Assembly: GCF_018977255.1 (NCBI RefSeq)
Contig: NW_024704771.1
Coordinates: 3,472,001-3,536,000, forward strand
Length of the DNA: 64,000 bases
Origin: Callorhinchus milii
Taxonomy: Eukaryota
Reading direction: 5' to 3'
The position numbers and the translations under genes are program-made. This document shows positions 39,401-51,900 of this stretch, one piece after another. Each line of letters opens with the position of its first letter. Within the stretch, counting starts at the first letter, position 1. The notes beneath the pieces were generated by a model. It ran no database searches. It was given only the letters and a program-made list of their open reading frames with translations, and was not told the DNA's origin.

Positions 39401-40078
39401 CTGACCTATGAGGAGAGGCTGAATAAACTGGGGCTGTGTTCTCCAGAGTACAGAAGAATTAGGGGAGATCTTAAGATTCTTAAAGGGCTGATAAAGTAGA
39501 CACTGAGGGTCTGTTTCCCCCGGAAGGGGAATCTATAACCAGGGGTCACAGTCTGAAAATTAAGGGTCAGCCTTTTAGAACAGAGTTGAGGAAACATTTC
39601 TTCACTCAGAGGGTAGTGAACTTATGGAATTCACTCCCCCAGAAGGCTGTAGATGCTCAGTCCTTGAACATCTTCAAGGCTGAGACTGACAGATTTTTAA
39701 AAAACAGAGGGATTGGGGGATATGGGGATACGGCGGGTAATTAGAGTTAGGTCAGAAGATCAGCCATGAGCTTATCGGATGGCGGGGAAGGCTCGAGGGG
39801 CCGAATGGCCAACTCCTGCTCCTAACTCTTATGTTCTTGCTATCGATATCATTCATATTCCCGCTGTTTGTCCAGTCAGGACCACCCGACCCTTCAGGGC
39901 TTTGGCTGCCCGGTTAATAGGAGCTGAGTGGGAAGGTGACCAATGTACAGCAGTTGAACCCCTCTAAACACACACACACACACTCAGAGAGAAATAACAC
40001 GCGGGTAAAGCAAGAGTTCGCCAGTGTCCGCTTACCCTGAGGCGCCAGGAGGAGCAGGAGAGCGGCTGTGAGCAACAT
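18329..40078 (-). CDS. Gene B (multi-exon): signal peptide-IgV(CD200-like)-IgV(CD2/SLAM-like)-IgC2-multipass TM receptor
   Basis: Eight exons joined by phase-1 introns (43+333+354+267+117+102+129+108 nt) give one open frame. Confidence 0.85.
19977..20105 (-). CDS. Gene B TM exon 3
   Basis: ttttag|..TCAA|GTAAGT, 129 nt; [43 protein letters not shown]. Confidence 0.85.
23361..23877. mobile_element. Non-autonomous Tc1/mariner-type DNA transposon (MITE), 517 bp
   Basis: TA|CAGTGGCAGTAACTTTAGCCGGA ... TCCGGCTTAAGCTGCTTCCACTG|TA: imperfect TIRs of about 23-26 bp with a TA target duplication; no ORF. Confidence 0.8.
23957..24058 (-). CDS. Gene B TM exon 2
   Basis: tggtag|..AAAG|GTAAGT, 102 nt; [34 protein letters not shown]. 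Confidence 0.82.
24203..24319 (-). CDS. Gene B TM exon 1
   Basis: ttttag|..AAAG|GTACAT, 117 nt; [39 protein letters not shown]. Confidence 0.85.
24682..24988 (-). mobile_element. Same SINE, full-length young copy
   Basis: Nearly identical to 63598-63922. Confidence 0.85.
26653..26919 (-). CDS. Gene B IgC2 exon
   Basis: taacag|..AATG|GTAGGT, 267 nt; LAC..HWF..ECGWYTC..N.VS. Confidence 0.9.
27850..29935 (-). mobile_element. CR1 LINE fragment interrupted by an L2 insertion (28385-28995)
   Basis: Minus-strand ORFs with [14 protein letters not shown] and SKFADDTK; CR1 sequence resumes on both sides of the L2 piece. Confidence 0.85.
28385..28995 (+). mobile_element. L2 LINE 3' fragment
   Basis: [24 protein letters not shown]; ctatataagtgcaagttgttgttg tail. 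Confidence 0.8.
30076..30429 (-). CDS. Gene B IgV exon (CD2/SLAM-like)
   Basis: tttcag|..GAAG|GTAAGT, 354 nt; SVLLPG..IEWKF..RIFF..GSLRL..DSGFY..LIVE. Confidence 0.9.
30745..34503 (+). mobile_element. Near full-length degenerate CR1 LINE with nested L2-derived insertions
   Basis: ORF1-like N-terminus, esterase region, RT motifs at 32997-33484, ttctataattcta tail. Confidence 0.9.
35303..35635 (-). CDS. Gene B extra IgV exon, CD200/nectin-like with canonical disulfide
   Basis: caccag|..ACAG|GTATCA, 333 nt, phase 1-1; [32 protein letters not shown]. Confidence 0.8.
38325..39838 (+). mobile_element. CR1 LINE RT and 3' end
   Basis: ORF 38409-39041 with [35 protein letters not shown]. Confidence 0.9.
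40036..40078 (-). CDS. Gene B exon 1, signal peptide (identical to A and C)
   Basis: 43 nt, ATG at 40078, donor G|GTAAGC. Confidence 0.85.
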
Positions 40079-40705
40079 TCCCGCTGCCTGACTCCAGGGC
40101 GAGGGACAAGTCACAAGATGGCGCCCAACGGCAACTCCGCCCTTTTAACGGCCACAGTTCAAAATGAAAGACAAACAAAGCGGCGACTGGCGCCGCTGTC
40201 CGGCTCTCTGGCCCCCGCCCCGCCCCGCCCCGCCCGGGGGCCGCTCGCTCGGTAACGCCGACTCCGCCCGTTCCGCCGCCTTCAGTTCGGCTCCGAAGTC
40301 GCTTCTCCTTCGCCTCTGACAGCGGTGTCAGTTTGTCCGCCTCCCGTCCCCCCCCTCCGCGCTCACTCACTCACTACGCAGGCGCCGCACCTCCCGTCCC
40401 CCCCCCACCGCGCCCACTCACTGCGCAGGCGCCGCACCGCCCGTCCCTCCCGCGCTCACTCACTGCGCAGGCGCCGCACCGCCCGTCCCTCCCGCGCTCA
40501 CTCACTGCGCAGGCGCCGCACTGCCCGTCCCTCCCGCGCTCACTCACTGCGCAGGCGCCGCACCGCCCGTCCCCGCGCGCTCACTCACTGCGCAGGCGCC
40601 GCACCGCCCGTCCCCGCGCGCTCACTCACTGCGCAGGCGCCGCACCGCCCGTCCCCGCGCGCTCACTCACTGCGCAGGCGCCGCACCGCCCGTCCCCCCG
40701 CGCTC
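40079..40705 (-). promoter_or_regulatory. CpG-island promoter of gene B, 8 NRF1-motif units (one degenerate)
   Basis: Near-identical to the gene A promoter; TGCGCAGGCGC array 40375-40681. Confidence 0.75.
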
Positions 40706-41044
40706 AGAGTCGAGAGTGGAGCTGAAGGCTGAAGGCCAAAGAGAAAGGTCCTGAGACCGGCCTTGAAGGAGGAGAGGGAGGAGGCGGCGAAGGCACTGGG
40801 GATGGGGTTCCAGAGCCTCGGGGCTGAGAGGCTGAAGGCCCGACCACCGATGGTAGGGCGGTTGGGGCGGGGGACGTGGAGCAGACCGGAGCCAGAGGGA
40901 CGGAGGGTACGGGCAGGTACGTGGGGGGATAGTAGGTCGGAGAGGTACGAGGGAGCGAGGCCGTGAATGGCCTTGTAGGTGAGGATAAGGATCTTGAATT
41001 CGATCCTCTGGGGGATGGGGAGACAGTGGAGGCGAGCGAGGGTG

Positions 41045-41450
41045 GGAGGGCGAGGGTGAGGGTGGGAGTGAGGGTGAGGGTGGGAGTGAGGGTGAGGGTG
41101 GGAGTGAGGGTGAGGGTGGGAGTGAGGGTGGGAGTGAGGGCGAGGGTGGGAGTGAGGGCGAGGGCGGGAGTGAGGGCGAGGGCGGGAGTGAGGGCGAGGG
41201 GGGAGTGAGGGCGAGCGTGAGGGTGGGAGTGAGGGCGAGGGTGGGAGTGAGGGCGAGGGTGGGAGTGAGGGCGAGGGTGGGAGTGAGGGCGAGGGTGGGA
41301 GCGAGGGTGAGGACGAGGGTGGGAGTGAGGGCGAGGGTGGGAGCGAGGGTGAGGACGAGGGTGGGAGTGAGGGCGAGGGTAGGAGCGAGGGTGAGGACGA
41401 GGGTGGGAGTGAGGGCGAGGGTGGGAGTGATGGCGAGGGTGGGAGTGATG
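41045..41450. repeat. G-rich 18-bp/12-bp minisatellite (gagtgagggcgagggtgg)
   Basis: More than 20 tandem units derived from an L2-like segment. Confidence 0.9.
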
Positions 41451-41689
41451 TGGATATTATGATAATAATAATAATAATCCTCACATTTGATATAGCGCTT
41501 TTCACATCGGGAGAGGACGTCCCAAAGCGCTTCACAGAACACACTGTAAAGTGAAGTGACTGTATATTTGTGGGCGAACGCGGCAGCCGATGGCGCACAG
41601 CAATGTCCCACAGACAGTCGTGGATTGAAAATGACCAATTTTATTATTAACTTGGGAAGACATTGTCTACGCTGAAGCTCCACAGCAGC

Positions 41690-41860
41690 GCTGTGGTGGA
41701 TGGGAGTGTTGCATTGTTAGACGTACCATCCTTCAGATGAGACGATAAACAGCGATCCCAATGCCTACGCCTTGAAGTCGATGTTAAAGATCCCGTGGCG
41801 CTGTTCAAAAAAGAGAAGGGAGTTTCATCTCTGCTGGTGTCCTGGCCAACAATCTCTCAG
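41690..41860 (+). mobile_element. DeuSINE (AmnSINE1/SacSINE1-like) Deu-domain fragment; reverse pieces at about 48900-48960 and 54060-54180
   Basis: cttcagatgagacgataaac..gatgttaaagatcccgtggcgctgttc..gaagggagtt..ggtgtcctggccaa resembles the Deu domain as I recall it. Confidence 0.6.
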
Positions 41861-42489
41861 ATAAAACTGGGCACTCAATCCATGACTGTTTGTGGGCACT
41901 GCTGTGCACATTTGGTTGCTGTATTTCACCCAAAAAAAACAATCAAACCACTTTACCATATAACCTGTGAAGAGCTTTGAGGCGGCTTAACCACGGGGTT
42001 ATTATCAGTATTATCTTCAAACTATTTCAGATCACTCAGTAGGTGTGTGTAGTTCACATGTTATCATAACAATCCCAGGAATAGAGTAAGGAACTATTGT
42101 GCGTGAAAGCATTAATCTTCAAACTAAAGAAAGCTGACACACACTAGTATGACGACTCCTCCATGACAATAACACAATACGGCATGTCTGGAACAAGTAG
42201 AGTTTACTTTTATTTTAAATTTAAAAAATTAACCTCGAAAACAACAATTGAAATCTTTGCTTTCTGCTTAACCATCAGCATTTACACTTCTTAAAAACAT
42301 CAACAAATTTTATTTGTGGCAGTTTAATGTTACTTTTTTTTTAAGTGCTTTAATATGTGTTCTGCCAGTCCAAGATTTTACCTTATAGCTGATGCTCAAA
42401 GTCTCCAATAACAACAAACTCATACAAAATAATAAGAAATTGTTTCAGGAGGTTTTGAATGAAAAGATGATAAACACAAGTACACTGGC

Positions 42490-42515
42490 TCATTCCCCTC
42501 TAACATCGGGTGCTT
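42490..42515 (-). CDS. Candidate gene C last coding exon (K)APDVRGE-stop
   Basis: Strong acceptor tttatgtttcttctgcag|, phase 1 compatible; AATAAA on the minus strand near 42310. Not confirmed by a paralog. Confidence 0.3.
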
Positions 42516-42679
42516 CTGCAGAAGAAACATAAATAAATCATCACATTTGGTACAATTTGTTTTTCATGTGATAAACAATCGTAACATTATCAAACTGATG
42601 AAAGGTAACACTTTTGAGTGACCAAATATTTTTTCTAACAATTGGAGAGTTTAGAATTATGTCTTTTTTTCTGCTCAGC

Positions 42680-43190
42680 TGGGGGTCTGACACATGCGGA
42701 AAACCCATTAACATGCTTCAGAGTACCCAAACCAAGCCGAGATTTCCATGCATCCCACTTGCACATGCAAATCTCAGAGATAAATGGTTGGAATGGAATA
42801 CACTCTCTCTCCCTGGAAGAACAAACACATCCAGCTTACCGAATTCCAGAAAGTATTAGGTGCAGGTTGGCAAGAGTCAAAGCTTGGGGACCTCAGAGTG
42901 TGCATTGGGGTAACTGCTGTCTGGCAAGGACAATTGGGCTTTGGCTTTCAGGGTTAACAGGAGCTGAGCAGGAGTATTCCCTGCCCCCAGTGAATGGTCT
43001 GCCCTTCCAAGTCCTGTGATGAGCCAGACTGGTTGTACTGTCATCAGCAATGCCCTGGAGTACTGCGGATCCCCCCCGGCTCAGGAAACAGACTTGAGAC
43101 CGTCACGGAGGGCTGGCTCAAATCCAACATTCTGTTGTCAAACTTGTCACCTTGGAGCCAGTTTAGCTGCAAGGAGACCCCAGAACTTTG
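42680..43190 (+). repeat. Unclassified dispersed repeat (copies at 2255-2430, 6785-7125, 22130-22265, 25415-25830, 36190-36450, 38195-38320, 47590-47710, 58455-58950)
   Basis: Shared blocks ggggtcagccgggtgtctgaca, gagatagattg.tggaat, aattccagaaagtattagg.gcaggttggcaagag, gggtaactgctgg. Confidence 0.7.
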
Positions 43191-45865
43191 TTCTTTGCAA
43201 ATTTTACCCCTGAAACATATCCAGAACCAGAATCCAACATCAGCTTTCACACTTCTTTATGGGTTTACAATACACAAAAATCAAACAACCTGCACTAACG
43301 TAGCTTGTTTCATGTAGGACAAGTGTCTTAAAGGGCTTCATTGAAATGATTAAAGAGAGGAATGAGAATTTAAGAATTTGACTAAATGCATCATCAAAGA
43401 GTTTGAGTTTTAAGAATGCTGAACGATGGGGGAAAGACAAAGGCAAAGCTTTTTGGGAGATTTGTACCAACAACAACTTGTATTTTTATCACCTCGGAGC
43501 TCTTAACAGTGGTGGAGCTGGGGAGAGGTGACCGTAAGCATGGTGGCAGAGATCAGGGAAATGAATAGGTTCAGACACTGATGGTATGATAGAATGAAGA
43601 AGGAGCATGAGGTGAGAGAAAGATTAGCAGAGTGAAGGTGGATGAACAGAGCTGGAGGACATAGTTCGGAGAGGGAGGGCAAAGACTGTAAGGGGTTTGA
43701 AGGTTAGGATAAGCCTTTCAAATTGACTGGCTGGAATACTGCAAGTCAGTGCAGCATCTAAGATTATGTTTGTGATACTTACTGTTTTTAAAGACCTTTA
43801 ATTAGTTTACTTTTAAAATATAACGAAACACTTATAACCTGTTTCGTATAGCATTCCTTAGCTGTTAGGGCATAGACAAGGCTGTGTGTTTTTAATGACT
43901 AACTGAGGGACCTTGAGGGTAGATGTGCCAATTAGTGTTAGCAAAGGTATGGCTTGACCCTAGCTGTCAGGCTCTGATAACTTTCCCTCGCTCGGTGCCT
44001 TGGTCCCATTGTCATCCTCCCATCTAAGAATGGTGCAATCATGTCCTTGAGCACGGATGTGAAAACAAAGAGAGAAGCGCCTTCCTGGAAATCTGATTAG
44101 CTCAAGATTGAGAAACAGAAATCCTTCCAATTAGCTGTCCATAACTCCTTCTCCTTATCGGTTATTTTCCCATGCGAAAAGAGCCTGCCAAGAATGCTAG
44201 CAGCTTGCAAAAAATGGGAGCTGTCTCTGTGACAAGGGAGGTGGTGTTAGAAACAAATAATAATAATCGTTGCATTTGATATAGCTCTATCACATTTTCA
44301 AGATGTCTCAAAGCCGTTCACAGAATATACTGCAAAATGAATTGACTAAACATTTGTGGGCAAAAAGCAGCAGCCAATTGTGTACAGCAGTGTCCCACAA
44401 ACAGTGGGAGATAAAATAAACAAACATAAGATTATATAACTTTGAAATAATTGGAGTTGTGTCGAGGGTCAGCGCACTTCCCAATGGAATAATATTGATT
44501 CTACTGTATCTATGGTCTCAGATAAGTCAAGTTATTTGTATTACTTAATAAACCTTGGATTATTACACCACTGTATTATGAACTGCCGAGGTTTATAATA
44601 ATAATAATTTGGGCACTCAATTCACAGCTTTTGTGGAGACTGCTGTTGGTTAATTGACGCAATTGACTGACACATTTCGCCCCAAAATAAACAATCAATT
44701 CACTTTACAGTATATTCTGTGAAGCACTTCGAGAAGACACAATAAGGCACGCTATAAAATCAAACTATACTGTGTGTGTATATATAATATGATTTGAGCT
44801 TGAGTGAGAACCTGACAGAGATGTAGGTTTAAATAGTTTGATTCTGGTTTAAGTAGGAAACCATATAATTTGCAATGAGGTCCTCTCATAAACTGAACTT
44901 ACCTTAGAATGGTATGCACTGCTCATAAGGATGGTGATTTTGAATCTGATTCATTGAATATTGTAATGTCTTTTTCCAAATCTAAATGCTTGTTCAATAC
45001 TGTAATCACAATATAAACACGTTCCATAAAAAGCTCTGGTGAAAGCAGAAAGCCTCAATATCATCAATCTTCCAAATCAGCAACAACAACTGGCATTTAT
45101 ATAGCACACTTCACACTATGAGCTTTAAGCGGGGTCTCAGATGTTTAACAGCGGCAGAGCCTGATTCGAAGCCGGGGATAAGGAGGAGGTGACCTTTAGC
45201 ACGGTTGAAGAGCAAAGTCTTCAGTTGTGATCTAAAAGAGTGAAACGAGGGACAAGGTAGATCACGTCGTCGAGACATCTAAAAGCACTTCAGATATACT
45301 GTAATGTGAATTGACTGTATGTATATTTGTGGGCAAAATATGGCAGCCAATTGCGCACAGAGGTGTCGCACGAACAGTGGTAGATCGAGAGACAAAATTA
45401 TTATTTCTTTTTGAAGGGATTACTACCTCCAGAAAGTTAATAATAATAATCCTTGCATTTGATATAGCGCTTTTCACGTCAGGAGAGTCCAAGCGCCACA
45501 ATTCTAGTGAACAGAAGTGTCCCACAAACATGTGGATTGAAAGGAAATTATGATTGATTTTGGTTTTGGAGAGATTATTAGATTTTAGGCTCTGTGTGGA
45601 GTAAGGAAACTTGCCCAAGGTTTCGCCTTCTGCCTGGAATTGAACTCAGGTCTCTCACTTGCAAAGCGAGTGCTCTAACCACTGAGCTACAGGACTCCAT
45701 GGCAATAAATTTAAGTTTAACAATACAAGATATCAGATCAGATGACATTCAAAGCAAATTTAAATTCAGGAATCAACAAAACATAATTGTTAGCAACTAC
45801 TGCAAGTCATTTTTTGACAGAAGGTCTTGTTATATTATTAATCTAAAAATATAATGATTACTTAC

Positions 45866-45973
45866 TGATCTTTGCAAAAAAGAGAAGGAATATTCCAAAG
45901 GTAGAAATATAGATTATGATTGCAAACGCATTTTGCATTGCTAACTCAGTGCTTAGAATATTGCAATCTAGAA
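45866..45973 (-). CDS. Gene C TM exon 4
   Basis: tccacag|..ATCA|GTAAGT, 108 nt; [36 protein letters not shown]. Confidence 0.85.
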
Positions 45974-48900
45974 CTGTGGACAGAATTGTGATAGACTGAA
46001 TTACAATTCAAAGATTTGTATGACCAAAGCATACTATTTCCAACAGATGTTCCTTGTATATATGCATAAACAGACAGACACAACATGCTACAATATGTAT
46101 TATGTATTTTAAAATAGTAAAATCACATTTTCAACACTTTGAGTAAGTATATATGAATGAAGCAAATACACGAAGCATTGCTTCAGCTGTAAAATCTGTT
46201 TTTAATTTTTCAAGATGTGGGATAAAAGTGCCACTTGGAGTTCAGTCCCCACCAGTGACAATTCCTTAGAAAATTCCCTGACAATCGCACAACTTGTAGC
46301 ACTGCTATCACACTTACCGCTGTCAAACTTACTGGGTCAAAACTTTGGACCCCTCAAACCAAACACTGCGCATGTGCTCCCACCATGGCACCACAACACT
46401 TTTACTTTCCAATCTGTTTATTGTTCTATGGACTACTCACCACTTTGCCTTATTTGGTAAATGGGGACAGCTGCAACCAGAGAAGAACACACTCCATATG
46501 CGAGATAAATATTATGCCGATCTGTTAGTGGGTAAATTTTGAATAAATAAAAATCAGGCAATTTATCCAAGTGCTGTACATGCCGTGCATACTGGGAAGG
46601 TGACTCAAGGAGTATAAATAATAATAATCCTCTATTTGATATAGTACCTTATCACATCATTGAGACGTCTCAAAGCACTTCACAGAATATAATGTAAAGT
46701 GGATTGACTTCGTTGTGGGTGAAACATGGCAACCAATTGTGCACGTCAGCGTCCCACACACCATCGTGGATTGCCAAATTGTTATTATATTTATTTATTT
46801 TTGAAGGGATTATTGACAGAAAGTGAACTGCCAATTAACTAACAAGTGGGTTCCAACTTACTGCTTGGTAAACGGAGGCACGTGGAGTAAGGAAACATGC
46901 CTAAGCTTTCGCCCTGCTCAGGAATCGAACCTGGACCCTCATGCTTGCGAGGCGAGCACTCTAACCACTACTCTGCAGGACTCTTAATTTATACCTACAC
47001 ATTGAACATCTGCTAAAAATCCATTTCTAGCCAAATTGAACTTACAAGTATTTAACAAAACTGATGTTACGTTGATATCAGGATTCAGGAAAATGAAGAC
47101 AGAATAGCCCATCATTCCGGAAACAATGACACATCCAAATCCCGAGACCAGTTTGTATTGTATGCCCAAATCTAGGAAAGATCAATATAAATACTATGGT
47201 GAACGGGATACATGTACAACTACAACAACCTGACAGTGTTTTTTGGGGTCAGCTGGGTACCTGATTCATGCAGAGACCCATCACAATGTTTAATAATAAT
47301 AAATAATAATAATAATATAATAATCCTTGCATTTGATATAGCGCCTTGTCACATCTTCAAAATGTCTCAAAGTGCCTCACAGAATCTTCTGTAAAGTGAA
47401 TTGACTATATTTTGTGGGATGGCAGCCAACTGCACACAGCAGTGTCCCCCAAACAATTGTGGATTCAATGTCCGAATTCTTCTCATTTTGGGGGGGATTT
47501 TGAAGGAATTATTAACCCAGGAAAAGCAATTTGCTAATCGACTAACAACTGGGTTCCTAATTACTGCTAGGAGTGTGGATTAAGGAAATTTTCTCAACAT
47601 TAAGTAGTAAGAGTAACCAGACTGAGAATACCTACTCATGCGTATCGAACACGCATTCTGCCACTGGAGGGACGCAACCTGCTTATTTAATTCCGGAGAG
47701 CATTAGGTGCAATATAATTCCTATTTGTCAGAGAATAAGGTCGGTAACCTACGACTTTAGATGTTTTAATTTCAAATCAGAATGTAACACAGACCACAAG
47801 ATGTGTTTGAAACCTTGACTGCTACAGGCAATATGGATGCATAGCACAGTGGATGCAAAGCCCTTCACGGCCTTACTCCTTCCTACCTCCATGACCTGCT
47901 AACCACAGCCTGACCTGTTGCTCAATCTGCTCAGCGGGCTCCGGCCTGCTCCATGTGCCTTGGCCTTCCTGCCCCACCATCAGCGGTTGGGCCTTCAGCC
48001 TTTCTGCCCCCACCTTTTGAACTCCATGCAACAGTCCCTTTGCCTCACTCCCTTCCTCTGTCTGCTTCAAGGTCTCTCATAATGCCTTCCTCTTTGACCA
48101 TGCCTTTGGTCACCCTCCTACCCTCACCCTACCTGCTCTCCACCCCTACTGATCCCAATCCCCAGCTTGGGTACAAATCCCTGACTGCCTTGGGACCTCC
48201 TCCCTATGTGAAAGGCGCTAAACAAATGCTGTTTTTGTTGTTTACAGATCACCAAATCTCACTTACCTTACTTACATCTTATGGTTAGTTTATGGCTCCA
48301 AAGACATTTTGATACATGGCATCTTTCAATGTATTTGCTATAAACTGTAAATGTAAACAACCTTTAGTGAAGTTACGTAATTTGGTATATTGAAGTATTT
48401 ATTCTCTGGTATCCATTTACAAAATGGCCACTTAATTGCAGTGCTCTGACAGTTCACAAACAACAACTTGTGTTTATACAGCACCCTTCACGCAGAGCAG
48501 CATCTCAGAGCGCTTCACAGTGGTATTTAGTCATGATTTAAAGAGGCAAGGCAGGGGGATTGGGGGAGAGATATCCAAAGGAATTGGGGGAGATTTCCAA
48601 ACAAAAATAAATATTTCAGCCATATGAATGCAGTAAATATAATACTATTGAGTATGTATGATTCCCGCCCACAAAAAAATATTGGTGCTCTATAAAGTTT
48701 ATTTACACCACTCACAAATCTTATGAATTTTCAATTCTGACAGCTGCACAATAATCTTTGATTCAAGTTTGCTTTTTGAAAAAAGTTTGTCTTGGGATGT
48801 GGGCAATACAGTGTCCCGCAAACAGGGATGAGGTGGGTGACCAATTTTATCCAGCGGATTTCTAGCCAGGACCTGCAAGAAATAACTTTCTTTTTTCACT

Positions 48901-51900
48901 AATCCACCTGAACAAGCTGACAGGACCTTGGTTTAATCTCTCGTCTGAAGAAGAGCACTATGAGCCCAATATAAGGCTTGAACGCACAAACTTCTGACTC
49001 AGTAGTGAGTGCTACCACCAGCTTCTTGGCTTCTATTTGACAAGAGAACAAATAAGGAACAATTTTATGTTGAAGTGAAACATGTAGAATTAAACAGGAA
49101 CATGGTTTGGCATCTGCTAAATGTGACAGAAATGTTTGTGGTAACATACCTTCAGTTATCATGCAGAAAAGAGATGAAGTTAAGAGAGTGATAAAAGCAA
49201 GTAGATGGAAGCCCATAAAAATCCCAGTGAGCTGCACTTGGAGTTTGTGATCTGTAAATACAAAAATGATATACTAACTAGCTTTGCTTCATTCATGTTT
49301 TCATCGTGCAACAACAAAATTACATTTATAGAGCGTCTTTCACGTCAGGAGGACATCCCAAAGCGCTGGACAATCAGGGGTGAGGACCTGAGTATGGGGG
49401 AGGGGTGGGGTAGGGGTGAGGGAAGGCAGAGAGGTGGGAGGCCACTGAAGGCATGATCAAGGAGGAGGGTCTTGAGACCGGCCTTGAAGGAGGCAAGGGA
49501 AGAAATGAGGCAAAGGGTCTGTGGGATGGAGTTCCAGAATGTGGGCGCAAAGAGCCTGAAAGCCTGGCCAACAATGGTAGGGCGGGTCGGGCGGGAGACA
49601 TGGAGCAGGCCAGAGCCTGCTGAACAGAGGGAGCAAGCAGGTTGGTAGAGAGTCAGCAGAACAGAGAGGTAAGAAGGGAAGGCCATGGATGGCCTTGAAA
49701 GTGAGGACAAGGATCCTGAATTCGATCCTTTGAGGGATGGGAAGCCAGTGGAGTCGGGCGAGGGTGGGGGGAGTGATGGGGTCATGGAGCTGGTGCGCGA
49801 GAGTACACGATTGCAGAGTTTTGGATGATCTGCAGCTTGTGAAGGGAAGAGTTGGGAGGCCGATGAGGGAGCTTCCATAATCGAACTTTGACGTGACGAA
49901 TGCGTGGGTGAGGGTTTTGGCAGCCTGAGGGGTGAGGCAGTGGTGGAGTCTGCCAAAGCTGCAGAGGTGGTGGTAGGCAGTGTCGGTCATGGCACGAATG
50001 TGGGGGAGAAAGGACAGTTCAGGGTCAAACAAGACAGCCAGGTTCCTGACTGGCTTAGTGAGGTTGAGTATGCAGCCGTGGAGGCCGATGCTGCCAGCGC
50101 CCGAGCCAATCAGGAGGGCCTGGTTTTGCTGCTGCTCAGTTGGAGAAAGTTGTCCCTCGTCCAGGACTTGATGTCGGACAGGTAGTCAGGCAGGACGCCA
50201 GTAGTCCTGGAGTTGAGGGTGGAGGCAGAGAGATAGAGTCGGGTGTCATCCACATACATGTGGAAATACACCATATCAGCGGATGATGTCACCAAGGATG
50301 AAGAGGAGGGGACCGAGGACAGAGCCCTGAGGAACAACAACAACATTCCATTTATAGAGCGCCTTTCACGTCGGGGGGACGTCCCAAGGCGCTGAACAGT
50401 TGGATCAGGACCCGAGCAGCGGGGGAAATGGTCATGGTGAGGGGAGGGAAGGGAGGGAGCGAGGAGGGGGTAGAGAGTCAAGAGGGGAACTGAAGGCACG
50501 GTCAAAGAGAAAGGTCTTGAGACCAGCCTTGAAGGAGGAAAGCGGCGAAGGCACTGGGGGATTGAGTTCGGGGCTGAGAGGCTAAAGGCCCGGCCACCAA
50601 TGGTAGGGTGGTTGGGGCGGGGGATGTGGAGCAGACCGGAGCCAGAGGAACGGAGGGTACGGGCAGGTAGGTAGGGGGATAGTAGGTTGGAGAGGTAGGA
50701 GGGAGCGAGGATGTGAATGGCCTTGTAGATGAGGATGAGGATCTTGAATTCGATCCTCTGGGGGATGGGGAGCCAGTGGAGGCGAGCGAAGGTGGGAGTG
50801 ATGTGGTCGCGGTGTCCGGTGCGGGACAGTACACGAGCTGCAGAGTTCTGAATGACCTGCAGTGTGGAGGTAGGGCCGGGAAGGCCGGCGAGGAGAGAGT
50901 TCCCATAGTCCAGCCTTGAGGTGATACCTCTCTGACTGCACTTTCAGTAATCTTTCCCCTCCCCATCCTCTTAAGCTCCCACCTCCCCTCGCTCAGGTGC
51001 CCAGCCAGCAGTGTGAAGTGCTTTGAGATGTCCTCGCAAAATGAAAGGAGTCATATAAATGTAAACTGTGTTGTGTATTTCAAAGTCTAAATACGACTTA
51101 CGTTGAATTTAAATATTTAATACCGTCCATCAATTTGTAATAAATGCATTCCCCAAAAAAGTTACATTTCATATTACCTTTATATTTCTTCATGCCAAAG
51201 AAGATTATGTACGCTGCCACACAGAGAGTCATTGCATTACTAATCCATGCTATGACTGATGCGATTAGAGTATGTTGGTAAACTAGCACAGCAGCTGAAA
51301 CAGGAAAAAAATGGATTTACTTACTCACTGTACATCACAAACTAATGTATGCAGGTCACACAGAATTCCAAAGTAATGTTAAAAATTATGATAATCCTTG
51401 TATTTGATCTAACGCCTTACCACATCATCAAAACGTCTCAAAGCACTTCAAAGAATATATTGTAAAGTGAACTGATTGTGTATTTTGTGGGCCAGACAAC
51501 ATGAATAACAACTTGCATTGATATCGTGCCCTTCACGCATCCTGAAGGGCTTTGGCGTTCCCCCGCTGTCACAGTGTTCAATGGCACACAGCAGTGTCCC
51601 ACAAGCATTGGTGGATTTAGTGACCAAATTATTTTTTGAAAAGGATTATTACCCCATGGAAAGTGATCCAATCAACTAACAATCAATGTTTTATTTTAAA
51701 ATAAATGAAAGCACCTGAATAAATTAGACACTGCTTGATGTACTTCTTTTTTTTAAAAAAAATGAACATTTAGTTTTATATAAGCCACCAGTAAAACGGC
51801 CAATGTTGTACATTAGTGTAATTACACTGGAGTAATTAATGTAATTGAAAAAGAATTTGAATAGCTTCAATAAAGGGAATGAGGACAAAATGGGAAGTGG

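Noticed and set aside
40663-41683. Long 311-aa and 338-aa minus-strand ORFs
   Set aside because: Low-complexity translations of a minisatellite plus SINE and L2 sequence.
44903-44981. Possible gene C tail exon (NLEKDITIFNESDSKSPSL*) with a strong GTAAGT donor
   Set aside because: Weak acceptor, a stop before the donor, and no paralog match; left uncalled.
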